Source: an uncultured Alphaproteobacteria bacterium
Lineage (GTDB): Bacteria; Electryoneota; RPQS01
Reading direction: 5' to 3'
Assembly (NCBI GenBank): GCA_964530625.1
Contig: CAZHAK010000007.1
Span: forward strand, 21,938 to 85,937
DNA length: 64,000 nucleotides
The notes under the pieces are model-generated. The model saw nothing but the letters and a program-made list of their open reading frames with translations. It was not told the DNA's origin and made no database searches. Every line of letters begins with the position of its first letter. The stretch's first letter is position 1. Shown piece by piece: positions 19,916 through 30,034 of this stretch. The position numbers and the translations under genes are program-made.

Positions 19916-20731
19916 ATGACAACTTATCGTCCAACCCCCAACCCCGCCCAAATTCTCAAGGTCTTTGGTGCGCTAATCGTAGTGCTGCTGCTTTTCCGCT
20001 GTTTCACCATCATTCCTGCCGGACACGTGGGTGTGGTCGACTTTTTCGGAAAGGTTTCAGACACGACGTTGAAACCCGGTGTAAATCTGCGCAATCCGTT
20101 AGCGACCATACACAAGTTTTCGGTCAAGACTCAAGAAGAAAAGGAAATGATGACTGTCCCGTCAAGAGAGGGACTCTCTGTTCAGCTTGAAGTTTCGGTC
20201 CTGTTCCATTTGAATCCGGAAAAAGCCGCGGAAGTCTATAAAACCATTGGGCCGAATTACATCGGGATTATCCTTGAACCCAACTTTCGCTCAATAACTC
20301 GTGGCGTAACAGCAGGTTACGAAGCTCGCGCCCTCTACACCTCTGAGCGCGAAGTCCTCTCACAGCAGATACAAACGGACTTGCAAGCTATTGTTGAACC
20401 GAGAGGCATCACGATTGAGGCCACTCCCCTGAGGCAAGTGAACTTACCGGTTAACCTGACCGCATCCATCGAACAGAAGCTGCAAATGGAGCAAGAATCG
20501 CAAAGAATGGAGTTCGTTCTGACCAAGGAATCCCAAGAGGCGGATCGCAAGCGTATCGAGGCGCAAGGTATTGCCGACTTCCAGAAAATCGTTTCTCAGG
20601 GCCTCAGTGATCCCTTTTTACGCTGGAAAGGCATCGAAGCTACTGAAAAATTAGCTACTTCCAGCAATGCCAAGACAGTCGTTATCGGTTCTGGGAGGGA
20701 CGGTCTACCTATCATCCTCGGCAATCAGTAG
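19916..20731 (+). CDS. SPFH/band-7 (stomatin/prohibitin-like) membrane protein
   Basis: The start was chosen at ATG 19916, preceded by AAGAGGTG. It has an N-terminal TM helix and then IIPAGHVGVVDFFGKV, an SPFH domain. Confidence 0.75.
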   Translation: MTTYRPTPNPAQILKVFGALIVVLLLFRCFTIIPAGHVGVVDFFGKVSDTTLKPGVNLRNPLATIHKFSVKTQEEKEMMTVPSREGLSVQLEVSVLFHLNPEKAAEVYKTIGPNYIGIILEPNFRSITRGVTAGYEARALYTSEREVLSQQIQTDLQAIVEPRGITIEATPLRQVNLPVNLTASIEQKLQMEQESQRMEFVLTKESQEADRKRIEAQGIADFQKIVSQGLSDPFLRWKGIEATEKLATSSNAKTVVIGSGRDGLPIILGNQ

Positions 20732-20770
20732 GCCAGAATAACGCTATTTCTGGAAAATACGAAATAGGAC

Positions 20771-20795
20771 GAGAGGCGGACATGTGCCGCCTCTC
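20771..20795 (-). terminator. Stem-loop terminator between convergent genes; the U-run follows on the minus strand, so it serves the DoxX gene
   Basis: gagaggcgg-acatgtg-ccgcctctc. The minus-strand downstream sequence is tcctatttcgtattttcc. Confidence 0.5.
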
Positions 20796-20819
20796 GCAAT
20801 TGAACCCGCTTAAAGCGGC

Positions 20820-21236
20820 CTATTTTACAAACCGCCGATCCAATGCGTATCTTCCACCGCCGATCAGCACGAACGCGATTGCAATTGCCATGAACAGAAA
20901 GGCCTTTTCCGCCGTCCCGAACGGATCATCAGCGTGACGGACAAAGCCCGCGACTCCCATCGTGGTTGCAATAAAAAATGCGGACGGGCGCGTGGCTAGG
21001 CCCAGAGCAAGCAATATCGCGCACGCAAACTCCGAGAGACCTGCCGCCCACGCAAATACGTCGGGCATCGGAAAGCCCATCTTGGCAACACCGTCCACGA
21101 ATTTCTCGGACGGAGGCATCTTGCCCCAGCCGTGTGCAATCGCCAGCGACAAACCCGTATAAACCCGCAGCACAAACAAACCCATGTTCGCCGCGGCGGA
21201 TTTGATATCGGCACCGCCAAATAGAAATTTCTTCAC
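20820..21236 (-). CDS. DoxX family membrane protein
   Basis: A 138-aa protein with 4 TM helices. MGLFVLRVYTGLSLAIAHGWGKM is DoxX-like. Confidence 0.7.
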   Translation of the reverse strand: MKKFLFGGADIKSAAANMGLFVLRVYTGLSLAIAHGWGKMPPSEKFVDGVAKMGFPMPDVFAWAAGLSEFACAILLALGLATRPSAFFIATTMGVAGFVRHADDPFGTAEKAFLFMAIAIAFVLIGGGRYALDRRFVK

Positions 21237-21309
21237 ACGAGACCTCTCTTGTATTTATAAATCGTAAAACTTAGATTATTGAATTGGATTCACTCATTTG
21301 GGTATATAT

Positions 21310-22002
21310 ATGAAAACGCTCGGGCTTATCGGCGGAACAAGCTGGCATTCCACCGTGGACTACTACAGATTGCTCAACCAGTTGGTAAATCAACGATTGG
21401 GCGGCAAAAACGCCGCGCGGCTCATTCTGCATTCCTTAAACTTCCAGGAATTCTACACGGACAACCAGAATGGGGGTTGGGAGTCCACGGAGCGCTTTCT
21501 GATTCCCATCGCCCGTCAGCTTGAAGAGGCTGGTGCCGAAGGACTCATGCTATGTGCCAACACCCCGCACATGGTCGCGCCGGGAGTGCAGGCCGCGATT
21601 TCGATTCCCTTGATCCACATCGCCGAAGCCACAGCGCGTGAAATTGTCAAGAACGGGCAAAATCGAGTCGCTTTGCTCGGCACCGTTTTCACGATGGAGG
21701 AACCGTTCTATTCAGATATTCTCGCTCAACACGGAATCGAAACTCTCGTCCCTGACAAAGCGACTCGTGACTACATCCATGAAACTATCTTCGATGAAAT
21801 GAGTCTCGGCCAATTCAAGCACGAGACAAAAACTGAGTACCTGCGCATCATGAACACCCTGAAACAGCAGGGCGCGCAAGGGGTGATTCTTGGATGCACC
21901 GAAATTCCGATCTTGGTCAAGCCCGAAGAGTGCCCCATGCCCGCCTACGACACCATCCTCATACATTGCACGGCGGCCGTGGACTTCGCGTTGGCTGACT
22001 AA
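21310..22002 (+). CDS. Aspartate/glutamate racemase family protein (YgeA-like amino-acid racemase)
   Basis: MKTLGLIGGTSWHSTVDYYRLLNQ...RLGG matches the YgeA-type N-terminus. Both catalytic Cys regions are present (LMLCANTPH and ILGCTEIP). The start 21310 is preferred over the ORF-track start 21298. Confidence 0.8.
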   Translation: MKTLGLIGGTSWHSTVDYYRLLNQLVNQRLGGKNAARLILHSLNFQEFYTDNQNGGWESTERFLIPIARQLEEAGAEGLMLCANTPHMVAPGVQAAISIPLIHIAEATAREIVKNGQNRVALLGTVFTMEEPFYSDILAQHGIETLVPDKATRDYIHETIFDEMSLGQFKHETKTEYLRIMNTLKQQGAQGVILGCTEIPILVKPEECPMPAYDTILIHCTAAVDFALAD

Positions 22003-22025
22003 GATACAAAAGTTATCACAAAAGA

Positions 22026-22056
22026 AAGAGGGGCAGGTTCATCACCGGCCCCTCTT
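22026..22056. terminator. Stem-loop between the convergent racemase and S8 genes
   Basis: agaggggc ... gcccctct is an 8-bp GC-rich stem at 22026-22054, with T-rich flanks on both strands. Confidence 0.4.
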
Positions 22057-22074
22057 GCGGTTTCAGCTTATACC

Positions 22075-23940
22075 TCAGCTACGCTCAAGCAGTTCCAAGG
22101 ACTTCTTCGGATTCATCAGCTTAACGCTGCGGTCCCCGGCCTTCTGGTCATCCGCACCGTTAATAATCAGTTCTCGTAACTGCGAGGCTGTCAAATCAGG
22201 CTTCACGGTCAAAAGCTTGCCCGCCAGATTCAAGACCTGCGGCGAGCTCATGGAGGTTCCGTTCAACTTCATCTGCGTGCCGCCGGGCACGTAGCTCATC
22301 ACTTCAAAGCCGTTGCCATAGACGTCCACCTTGCCGAAGCTGGTGAAACTCGTCTCTTCACCGGCCTGATCGACCGCGCCAATCGAAATGATGTTCGGTA
22401 AATCATAGCTCGACGGATAAAACTCGGCGAACTCGTTGTCCGTATTTGAATTGCCCGCGCTGGTGATGAATAGGATGTTCGGCGCGTTCACAATGGCATT
22501 CTTGAACGCCGTGTCACCGATTGTATAAATCTTGCGCGCCAATTCTTTGCGCGCCTCAGGAGTGGCGCCTTCATTGTGCTGTTCGAGCGCGTCTTCAATA
22601 CCGCGAAGCGAGCCGCCCCAGCTCATGTTGACTGCGCGAACATTGTTCGTCTTGAAATACTCAATAGTTTCCGTCAGTGCTGCGGCATCTTTAATTGCCT
22701 GCTCAACCGTCGGCTTTTCAGGAATCATCCGATGGTCAAACGTCAAACGCGCCGCAAGTATCCGGCAGTACGGATTACCTGCCGCCGCGATGCCCGCGAC
22801 GTGCGTTCCATGACAATAGTTGCCGTAAAGACCGATGCTCTCAATAAATGCCTGAACTTCGTCCTGTTTCAGACTCGCGATGTGTTTCTTGATTTCCGTT
22901 GCTTCGTCACTCTCAATCGCCGACTGCACGTCTCCCAAACCTTTCATCCAACGGCGCATCTGATCCTCGTCCGCCTTCATCTCATAGTTGCCAATCGGGA
23001 ACAGGAGTGAGGTCACTTTATTCGAGTGCAAGTCGAACGCTACACCGTGCACGTCGTCCACAAATCCGTTGTTGTCGTCGTCTTTATTGTTGCCCGGTAT
23101 TTCCTTTTCATTCGTCCACATCTGGCCCAATGGAGTAAAGATATTCCAATCCACGCCGCTGTCCCAAACTGCCAGCACAACAGGTTTATGCTTCTTGCCC
23201 TTCTCTAAATCAAAATTACGATCAGCCCAAATGTCCGGCTTCTCTACGGCATTGGCGTTAATATAATCCGTGAAGGCCGCCGCAAAGATCTCTTTCTTTG
23301 GGATATAGTATCGGAGCGCGAAAAACGGTGACAAGAGCGAAGTCGCGTTGTCCTGTGTCATCTCGCCGTTACTTTTGTCAAGCTGAGGCTGAAGACTCGC
23401 CTCCAAGCCGCCGATGACCAATGCTTCTGCAACCATTTCTGCGCTGCCCTTCTGAGCCTTGACGTTGTTCGCCACGACTTCATAAGGCATATTGGCAAGC
23501 ATCCCACGAAGCTCTTTGTCCAAATTCGCGTCGTAATTTTCCTGGCCCTTCAACTGTGCTGTGGCAATCACGCGACCGACCAGAGCCGTTGTGTGTTTGG
23601 CGGCTTCTTTGTCTTCAATCTCAATCCGCTTGTTCACCAACTCAAGATAGCGTGCCCAATCGCCTTCAATAATGGCAATCGAACCGAGGTCGCCATACAT
23701 ACCCTGCAGAGTAGATTTGTCCGTGATGTCGTAGGTCTCAAGATCCGCCAGAATGTTCGCCTTCACTTCAGTGGCAAGTTTCTTAATCGCAGCGTCGTCC
23801 TTCAAGAAATCGACAATCTTCTGATCAATCTTGTATGTATGACGCGGCAGATCGTCGAGTTTCTCAATCTTAATCTTTTCAGCCATGGCGCTGCTTGCCA
23901 GCAAGCCGACCATCACCATGAGCAACCAGGTGCGCTTCAT
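22075..23940 (-). CDS. Secreted S8 family serine peptidase with an N-terminal alpha-helical domain
   Basis: The start is at the internal Met (MKRTWLLMVMVGLLASSAMA, a signal peptide). Motifs: AVWDSGVD (Asp), YCHGTHVAGIAAAGN (His), NGTSMSSPQVLNLAG (Ser). Confidence 0.8.
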   Translation of the reverse strand: MKRTWLLMVMVGLLASSAMAEKIKIEKLDDLPRHTYKIDQKIVDFLKDDAAIKKLATEVKANILADLETYDITDKSTLQGMYGDLGSIAIIEGDWARYLELVNKRIEIEDKEAAKHTTALVGRVIATAQLKGQENYDANLDKELRGMLANMPYEVVANNVKAQKGSAEMVAEALVIGGLEASLQPQLDKSNGEMTQDNATSLLSPFFALRYYIPKKEIFAAAFTDYINANAVEKPDIWADRNFDLEKGKKHKPVVLAVWDSGVDWNIFTPLGQMWTNEKEIPGNNKDDDNNGFVDDVHGVAFDLHSNKVTSLLFPIGNYEMKADEDQMRRWMKGLGDVQSAIESDEATEIKKHIASLKQDEVQAFIESIGLYGNYCHGTHVAGIAAAGNPYCRILAARLTFDHRMIPEKPTVEQAIKDAAALTETIEYFKTNNVRAVNMSWGGSLRGIEDALEQHNEGATPEARKELARKIYTIGDTAFKNAIVNAPNILFITSAGNSNTDNEFAEFYPSSYDLPNIISIGAVDQAGEETSFTSFGKVDVYGNGFEVMSYVPGGTQMKLNGTSMSSPQVLNLAGKLLTVKPDLTASQLRELIINGADDQKAGDRSVKLMNPKKSLELLERS

Positions 23941-24026
23941 GTTCTTCTCCGTGCAGTGTTTATGAAAATAGGAAATTGAATTGCGAATCTTTATCGCGAG
24001 GCAGGCAGTAGCGCCTGACGACAAAC

Positions 24027-25463
24027 CTAAGAGATTAGATACCCTTTCGTCCCGCTTTGTGGCAGGGGAGAAGGGTGAAAAGGAGGGTTGTGTTTGAAAG
24101 GCTTACCCGTTTCAAACCTAAGGGCAGATTCCAAATCTGGAAACCAGGGCGAGAAGCCCACTTTTCTAAGGGCATCAGGCTCGACATGCTGGCCCTGAAG
24201 CAGTAGTTCCCTTCCCATTTGCCCAAACACTAAATTTACAGCAACTTCAGGTACAAATGCAAGTGTAGGCCGCCGAAGAACCGAACCAAGAATATCAGTA
24301 AACATCTGATTTGTAACAGCTTGCGTTGTCGCATTCACTGGCCCAGACAGACGTCCATCATATATACAGCGATAGATCGCGGCAGTCAGATCGTCCAGCT
24401 GAATCCAGCTCATCATTTGCCGACCGTGGCCCATTCGTCCGCCCAGACCGTACCTGAAAAACGGGAGGAGCTTGCCCAACACACCTCCCCGGCCCGAAAT
24501 CACATTGCCGATTCGCGGATGAACCACCCGAATACCTGCCTCTCGAGCAGGATTGGCCGCTTCTTCCCAGGCCCGGCAGACCTCCACCAGAAATCCCTCA
24601 CCCTGAGCGCCAGTTTCATCTACCGGATCGGACGAGTTGGCATAAATCCCGATAGCCGACGCACTTACAAATACCTCAGGAGGCTGTTTCAGCCCCGCGA
24701 TCGTTTTTGCCAGCAACTGGGTTCCGTCAACACGGCTGCCCAAAATCTCGCGCTTTGCGGCCCCGGTCCATCGCCCGCCCGCGATGTTTCGCCCGGCCAG
24801 ATGAACCACAGCATCCAGATTTTCAAGTTTCTCACCCTCAATCTCGCCCGTGCGCGGGTTCCAATAAATGGAGTTCTCATCGCCGCCACGCTTCCGATCA
24901 AGCGTCAGTATCGTATGGCCACCCGTTGTCAAAAAAAGCTTGAGGGAACTTCCGATCAGCCCGGTCGCTCCGCTGACCGCAATGCGCAGTCTTGGTTGGT
25001 CGGCAAATTCCGTGTGTCGGGAAAGGTCCATCCACGTCCGCTCATGCCGCCACGGAAAGACCGTGTTAAGTTTCCTCTGAACTTGGGAACGGGCAAAGAC
25101 TTGTCCTAATTTCCCCAGAGGAAACTCGTAATCAATCCTATTCTCAAGTTCGCTGAGGCCCTCTCCAACATTGGTGAAAAGATGCAGATGAACCCAGTTC
25201 CGGAACGGTCCACGCTCGAGCTCGCTTATAAACTGCCGACCCTCAATAATGCTGTGGTACTTGGCAAGCCATTTCACCGCAAGCGGTCCTACAGGCACTC
25301 GCAACTCTCGCCGACTTCCTTCCCGAACCTGCTTATCACCCCACATCATGCGGATTGCAGACCAAGGCGGTGTAAGCCTTTCCAACGCACCGATTCGCAT
25401 ATGCCAAGCAAACAGTTCACTGGCAGAAGCAGGGAATTGGCCTTTCAGGCTGTACTGTGGCAC
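24027..25463 (-). CDS. Fusion protein: N-terminal SRPBCC (polyketide-cyclase-like) domain plus a TIGR01777/YfcH-type NAD-dependent epimerase-like domain
   Basis: The N-terminus MPQYSLKGQFPASASELFAWHMRIGALERLTPPW is SRPBCC-like. The middle IAVSGATGLIGSSL is a Rossmann GxxGxxG motif. The total length is 478 aa. Confidence 0.6.
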   Translation of the reverse strand: MPQYSLKGQFPASASELFAWHMRIGALERLTPPWSAIRMMWGDKQVREGSRRELRVPVGPLAVKWLAKYHSIIEGRQFISELERGPFRNWVHLHLFTNVGEGLSELENRIDYEFPLGKLGQVFARSQVQRKLNTVFPWRHERTWMDLSRHTEFADQPRLRIAVSGATGLIGSSLKLFLTTGGHTILTLDRKRGGDENSIYWNPRTGEIEGEKLENLDAVVHLAGRNIAGGRWTGAAKREILGSRVDGTQLLAKTIAGLKQPPEVFVSASAIGIYANSSDPVDETGAQGEGFLVEVCRAWEEAANPAREAGIRVVHPRIGNVISGRGGVLGKLLPFFRYGLGGRMGHGRQMMSWIQLDDLTAAIYRCIYDGRLSGPVNATTQAVTNQMFTDILGSVLRRPTLAFVPEVAVNLVFGQMGRELLLQGQHVEPDALRKVGFSPWFPDLESALRFETGKPFKHNPPFHPSPLPQSGTKGYLIS

Positions 25464-25649
25464 AAGTTCTTCATGGAACGTAATGTGGATAAACTTAAAT
25501 ATACGGTTTTTCTGCGGTATCCGAAAGTTCTATTTTGCGAAGATTCGGTTCTCGTGAGAAATCTTCGCCGAAACCGTTGAATCCCGTGGTGCCATTCCGT
25601 ATCTTCAGGTAGATGCTATGCCCTCCTTAAGCCCATACCTCTTTTTCCT

Positions 25650-26771
25650 ATGGCCTTGATTTTCAACGGTTCACCCGAGCCCACGCTGGGTGTCGAGTGT
25701 GAGCTGCTCCTCATTGATCCCAAAACGTGGCAGCCGGTCAATCGCGTTCCTGAACTCCTCGAACTCCTCGGCGACGTTGGCTGGGCAAAGCCTGAATTGC
25801 TGCGCTGTATCGTTGAGATTATCACCACACCCTGTCGTACCGTCGCGGCTGTCAAGCGCGAGCTGGTGGAGAAGTTTCGCATCACGGAAGCTGCCGCAAA
25901 CTCCTTGGGATTGACCACCTCTTTCATGGCCACTCACCCGACTGCGATGTGGCATGAAATGGAAATCACCGACAATCAGCGTTACACGACGCTCGTCAAT
26001 AAAATGCAGTGGCCAGCGCGCCGTGCCATGATCATGGGATTGCATGTGCACGTCGGTGTCAAAACGGCTGAGAAGGCCATCGCTATTTTCAATGCAATGA
26101 CGACGTTTCTGCCGCATCTGCTCGCGCTCTCTGCCGCGTCTCCTTATTTTATGGGAGAAGAAACCGGCTTGGCATCCTGCCGCATCAAAGTGTTTGAAGC
26201 CATGCCCACCGCCGGACTGCCTCAGCGTATGCTCAACTGGGCGGAGTTTCAGCGCTTTATGAAAACATTGATCCACTCCGGCGCGATTCAGTCCATACAG
26301 GAAATCTGGTGGGATGTCCGGCCGCATCCGAAGTTTGGCACGATTGAAATTCGTATTTGTGACGGTACTCCTGATCTCGAGGATGTGCTGGCCTTGGTCG
26401 CCATGTCGCAGTGTCTGATCTGCTATCTTGAAGATCTTTACGACAACGGCGAAGAGCTTCCCATTCACAAATACTGGTTTATTCGTGAGAACAAGTGGCG
26501 TGCCACGCGCTGGGGGTTGGACGCTGACATCGTTCATTCTGATGACGGAACGACGAGGCATATGCGGGACGATCTGCAAATGCTCGTCAAGGCTCTCACG
26601 CCGTTTGCTATTCAGCAAGATTGCCTGAGTGAATTGCAGCATGTTGCCAAAATCATTGATCGAGGCGGAAGCTACGACCGTCAACGCGCTGTCTATCGCA
26701 AAACGGAGAGCTTTAAGGCGGTCACAGAGTCCGTCGTAGCTGAATATCACGAGAGCCTGAAGCGGGCGTAG
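25650..26771 (+). CDS. Carboxylate-amine ligase, glutamate-cysteine ligase family 2 (YbdK-type)
   Basis: TLGVECELLLIDPKT. The overall length and conserved Glu/His pattern match GCS2 family enzymes. Confidence 0.8.
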   Translation: MALIFNGSPEPTLGVECELLLIDPKTWQPVNRVPELLELLGDVGWAKPELLRCIVEIITTPCRTVAAVKRELVEKFRITEAAANSLGLTTSFMATHPTAMWHEMEITDNQRYTTLVNKMQWPARRAMIMGLHVHVGVKTAEKAIAIFNAMTTFLPHLLALSAASPYFMGEETGLASCRIKVFEAMPTAGLPQRMLNWAEFQRFMKTLIHSGAIQSIQEIWWDVRPHPKFGTIEIRICDGTPDLEDVLALVAMSQCLICYLEDLYDNGEELPIHKYWFIRENKWRATRWGLDADIVHSDDGTTRHMRDDLQMLVKALTPFAIQQDCLSELQHVAKIIDRGGSYDRQRAVYRKTESFKAVTESVVAEYHESLKRA

Positions 26772-26789
26772 TCCCCGCGAAAGCCGATC

Positions 26790-27986
26790 GTGCCCACACA
26801 GTCCCGCCTTTCACCCGATGTCAAACGGCTCGGTTGGGTTAGCTTCTTCACGGACATTTCGAGCGAGATGCTCTATGCAGTCACGCCGATCTTTCTAACA
26901 ACCGTGCTGGGCGCGTCCGCCGGTGTCGTCGGCGTTATTGAAGGCGTTGCGGAAGCTACGGCAAGTGTTTTAAAAGGTCTGAGCGGCTGGTACTCCGACC
27001 GCATTCGCAATCGCAAACGGTTTATCTTTGTGGGCTATTTTCTGTCCGCAATCGCCAAGCCGTTGATTGCTATCGCAAGCTCATGGGGCTTCGTGCTCTT
27101 TGCGAGATTTCTTGATCGTTTCGGTAAAGGTGTGCGGAGCAGTTCGCGTGACGCGCTGATTGCTGACGTGACTCCCAAGGAGTTGCGCGGTCGAGCCTTC
27201 GGTCTTCACCGCGCAATGGACACAGCCGGAGCTTTGACCGGCGTTGTCATCACGCTCTTCTTACTCGAGACGCTGGGTGACGGCGGAAGCCAGCAGATGT
27301 CGTTGCGCAGTCTCTACTGGATAGCCTTCGTTCCGGCGATCCTCGGCGTGGTTCTGATCTTCTTTGTGCGCGAGTCAAAATCTGCCGGAGAGCAAAAGCC
27401 CCTCTCACTGCGAGGAAAGAAACTCGGCGCACACTACTGGTTGATCGTCGGCATTTCAGGCATCGCCTACCTTGGGCTCAGCAGTGACGCGTTCTTGATT
27501 CTAAAGGCGAAAGATATCGGTCTGACGTTGCCGCAAGTTCTGATTGGATACATTGCCTTCAATGCCGTCTATTCATTAGCCGCGTATCCTATCGGTAAAC
27601 TCTCCGATCGCATCCGCATGGAGTATCTGCTGTGCGCGGGACTGTTGATTTATGCGGTTGTGTACTACGGCTTCGCGTCTGCGGAAACCCGCACAGTAGT
27701 CTTCGCGCTCTTCATCACCTACGGACTCTATGCCGCACTGACGGACGGCGTTGTCCGCGCTTTGATTGCAAATGTTGTCGCCGCGGATGTCAAAGCCACT
27801 GCGCTGGGCCTCTTCAGCATGATCACCGGACTGCTTGCCTTGTGCGCAAGCCTTTTAGCGGGTTGGTTGTGGGACAACATATCCAGTGACGCCCCTTTTT
27901 ATCTCGGAGCAATTCTCAGTTTAGCCGCCGCATTTGGATTCGCCGCGCTTAGTTTGCAACGCCGTCCGAAGCACGATCAAGCCTAA
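26790..27986 (+). CDS. MFS transporter
   Basis: About 12 TM helices across 398 aa. The MFS motif region is GKGVRSSSRDALIADV. It starts 18 nt after the ligase gene. Confidence 0.8.
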   Translation: MPTQSRLSPDVKRLGWVSFFTDISSEMLYAVTPIFLTTVLGASAGVVGVIEGVAEATASVLKGLSGWYSDRIRNRKRFIFVGYFLSAIAKPLIAIASSWGFVLFARFLDRFGKGVRSSSRDALIADVTPKELRGRAFGLHRAMDTAGALTGVVITLFLLETLGDGGSQQMSLRSLYWIAFVPAILGVVLIFFVRESKSAGEQKPLSLRGKKLGAHYWLIVGISGIAYLGLSSDAFLILKAKDIGLTLPQVLIGYIAFNAVYSLAAYPIGKLSDRIRMEYLLCAGLLIYAVVYYGFASAETRTVVFALFITYGLYAALTDGVVRALIANVVAADVKATALGLFSMITGLLALCASLLAGWLWDNISSDAPFYLGAILSLAAAFGFAALSLQRRPKHDQA

Positions 27987-28009
27987 ATTATCCCTCATTC
28001 TTTCCCTTT

Positions 28010-28747
28010 ATGAAGCGTGAACACCACAAATGGTACAGCCCGGCCCTTGGCCGCGATATGGAAATGCTTGTCTACGGTCACTATGGCCGTCCGCTCTTAG
28101 TCTTTCCGTCCGCCCAAGGAAGATTCTTCGATTACGAAGGCAATCATATGATTGAGACGATTCGCGGCACGATTGACGGCGGTGGCGTGAAAGTCTTTTG
28201 CATTGACGGTATCGACTCGGAGAGCTGGTTCAACAGAGGACTCGCTCCTGATCTTCGCGTCCGCGCACATCAATACTACGAACAGTATGTCACACATGAA
28301 GTCTTTCCGTTTATTCATCATCATTGCGGTTCGCAAAATCAGCGCATCGCCGCGACCGGATCGAGCTTCGGCGCGTATCATACTCTGAACTTCGCCCTGA
28401 AGTATCCGTGGAACTTCAGTCACATTCTGTGCATGTCCGGCAACTTTGACATCCGCGAACGACTCGAAGGCTACTATGACGAAAGTTTCTATTTCCAAAA
28501 TCCGATGGACTATCTTCCCAATCTGACGGATCACGATACACTCGAAGCGATTCGTAAAATTAAAATCGCGCTCGTCGTTGGGCAGGGCGCTTGGGAAGGA
28601 AATTGCATTGACCAAACCAAACGCATCTCCGATATCCTGAATGACAAGGGCGTCGGCCATCATCTCGATATGTGGGGGCACGATACTCCGCATGATTGGC
28701 CAAGCTGGCGCCGGATGATTTCAGTTTATATTTCGCAACTTGACTAA
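28010..28747 (+). CDS. Esterase family protein (esterase D / Fes / S-formylglutathione-hydrolase-like alpha/beta hydrolase)
   Basis: The nucleophile elbow is ATGSSFGAYHTLNFAL (GxSxG). Length and pattern match the putative-esterase family. Confidence 0.65.
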   Translation: MKREHHKWYSPALGRDMEMLVYGHYGRPLLVFPSAQGRFFDYEGNHMIETIRGTIDGGGVKVFCIDGIDSESWFNRGLAPDLRVRAHQYYEQYVTHEVFPFIHHHCGSQNQRIAATGSSFGAYHTLNFALKYPWNFSHILCMSGNFDIRERLEGYYDESFYFQNPMDYLPNLTDHDTLEAIRKIKIALVVGQGAWEGNCIDQTKRISDILNDKGVGHHLDMWGHDTPHDWPSWRRMISVYISQLD

Positions 28748-28752
28748 CCCGA

Positions 28753-30033
28753 ATGACTATGCAACACTTTGAAGATCTTCCGCATACAGTGCGTCGCATC
28801 GGTCTTCTGCTTGGCAACGAGTACGCTTGGCCGCTTTCATTTGAAGCGCTGATTAGAAAACTCGGCTCACACTTGGATTATCAAGGGCGTCGGTTTGAGT
28901 TTGAAGTCGAGCGATTGAATATTGAACCGTTTGATTTGCGGCAACCCGTTCGTCAACACGTGATTATTGATCGCCTCGGCTATTGGCACATGACTGTGCG
29001 TGAATGGCTGAAAAAATCTGTGTTGATGAATGATTCGCATACGGTAAATAATCCGTTTACGTTTCAGTCCATGGAGAAGCATTCCGCCTACTGCGTGATG
29101 ATACGCCTGGGATTTGATATTCCAGAAACTTGGCTGATCCCGCAAAAAAAGTGGGACGCACAGGACGAGCGCGCCAAAGTGACTACCGAGAACTATCACA
29201 AGATGTTCGACCTTGAGAGCATTGTCGAAAAAGTCGGTGGCTATCCGGTATTTATGAAGCCCTATGACGGCGGCGGCTGGCGCGGCGTGACACACATCAA
29301 GAATAAATCGGACTTGAACAAAGCATATGACGAGTCCGGTGAGCAGACCATGCATATTCAAAAGGGCGTTAAAGATTATGAGATCTTTTGCCGCTGTCTC
29401 GGTTGTGGCCCGCAAGTTCTGCCTATGCGCTATGACCCCGAACAGCCACTGCACAATCGCTATCGAATAGAGCACGGTTTTCTCTCGGACTATCAGGGTG
29501 ATTACCTGATGAAATTGACACGCATCATCAATGCTTTTTTCGGTTGGGAATACAATTCGTGTGAATCCTTGATGCGCGGCGACAGCATCTTCCCGATTGA
29601 TTTCGCCAACGCGGTGCCCGATACGTCACTCATCTCCCTGCACTACTATTTCCCGTGGGCGATTAAGGCCCTTGTCCGCTGGTCACTCTACTGTGCGGTG
29701 ACAGAGCGTACGACGCGCATTGATTTGCAGAGCCGGGAGTATTTTAAGATCGCGGACAGAGACATTCCTTTCGATGAGAAGCTAAACCTTTATCATGATC
29801 TTGCGCAGAGGTATTTTGAAGCTGATCGCTTCGAAGTATTTTGCGCCTCACACTTAGCCGAACTGGACACCCTTGCGTTGGAATTCTTCTCCAGTCAGGA
29901 GTGGGACACTATTCTGATTGAACGATGCCGCCGCTCCTTCCCGCAGCACGAGCATGAGAAATTCATTTCGCATTACCGCGGCCTGATCAACTACTGGGTT
30001 AAGACTGAACAGGACAGGCTCTCGCAAAATTAG
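28753..30033 (+). CDS. ATP-grasp superfamily ligase of unknown specificity
   Basis: The ATP-grasp core reads YPVFMKPYDGGGWRGVTHI (Lys plus Gly loop), then IQKGVKDYEIFCRCLGCG, then SIFPIDFANAVPD (a Mg-binding region). It starts 5 nt after the preceding esterase gene. Confidence 0.5.
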   Translation: MTMQHFEDLPHTVRRIGLLLGNEYAWPLSFEALIRKLGSHLDYQGRRFEFEVERLNIEPFDLRQPVRQHVIIDRLGYWHMTVREWLKKSVLMNDSHTVNNPFTFQSMEKHSAYCVMIRLGFDIPETWLIPQKKWDAQDERAKVTTENYHKMFDLESIVEKVGGYPVFMKPYDGGGWRGVTHIKNKSDLNKAYDESGEQTMHIQKGVKDYEIFCRCLGCGPQVLPMRYDPEQPLHNRYRIEHGFLSDYQGDYLMKLTRIINAFFGWEYNSCESLMRGDSIFPIDFANAVPDTSLISLHYYFPWAIKALVRWSLYCAVTERTTRIDLQSREYFKIADRDIPFDEKLNLYHDLAQRYFEADRFEVFCASHLAELDTLALEFFSSQEWDTILIERCRRSFPQHEHEKFISHYRGLINYWVKTEQDRLSQN

Positions 30034-30034
30034 A

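Noticed and set aside
24035-25109. ORFs 24035-24226 (minus) and 24321-25109 (plus) within the SRPBCC/YfcH gene
   Set aside because: They are overlapping or antisense ORFs. The 478-aa minus-strand product has a clear Rossmann motif and domain logic.
25671-26750. 359-aa minus-strand ORF fully antisense to the GCS2 ligase gene
   Set aside because: The plus-strand product has clear YbdK-family motifs. The antisense frame is Arg/Gly-rich with low complexity, typical of an antisense ORF in GC-rich coding DNA.
28097-29475. Minus-strand ORFs (198 aa, 202 aa) antisense to the esterase and ATP-grasp genes
   Set aside because: The plus-strand genes form a tightly spaced operon with recognisable catalytic motifs. 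The antisense ORFs are rejected.
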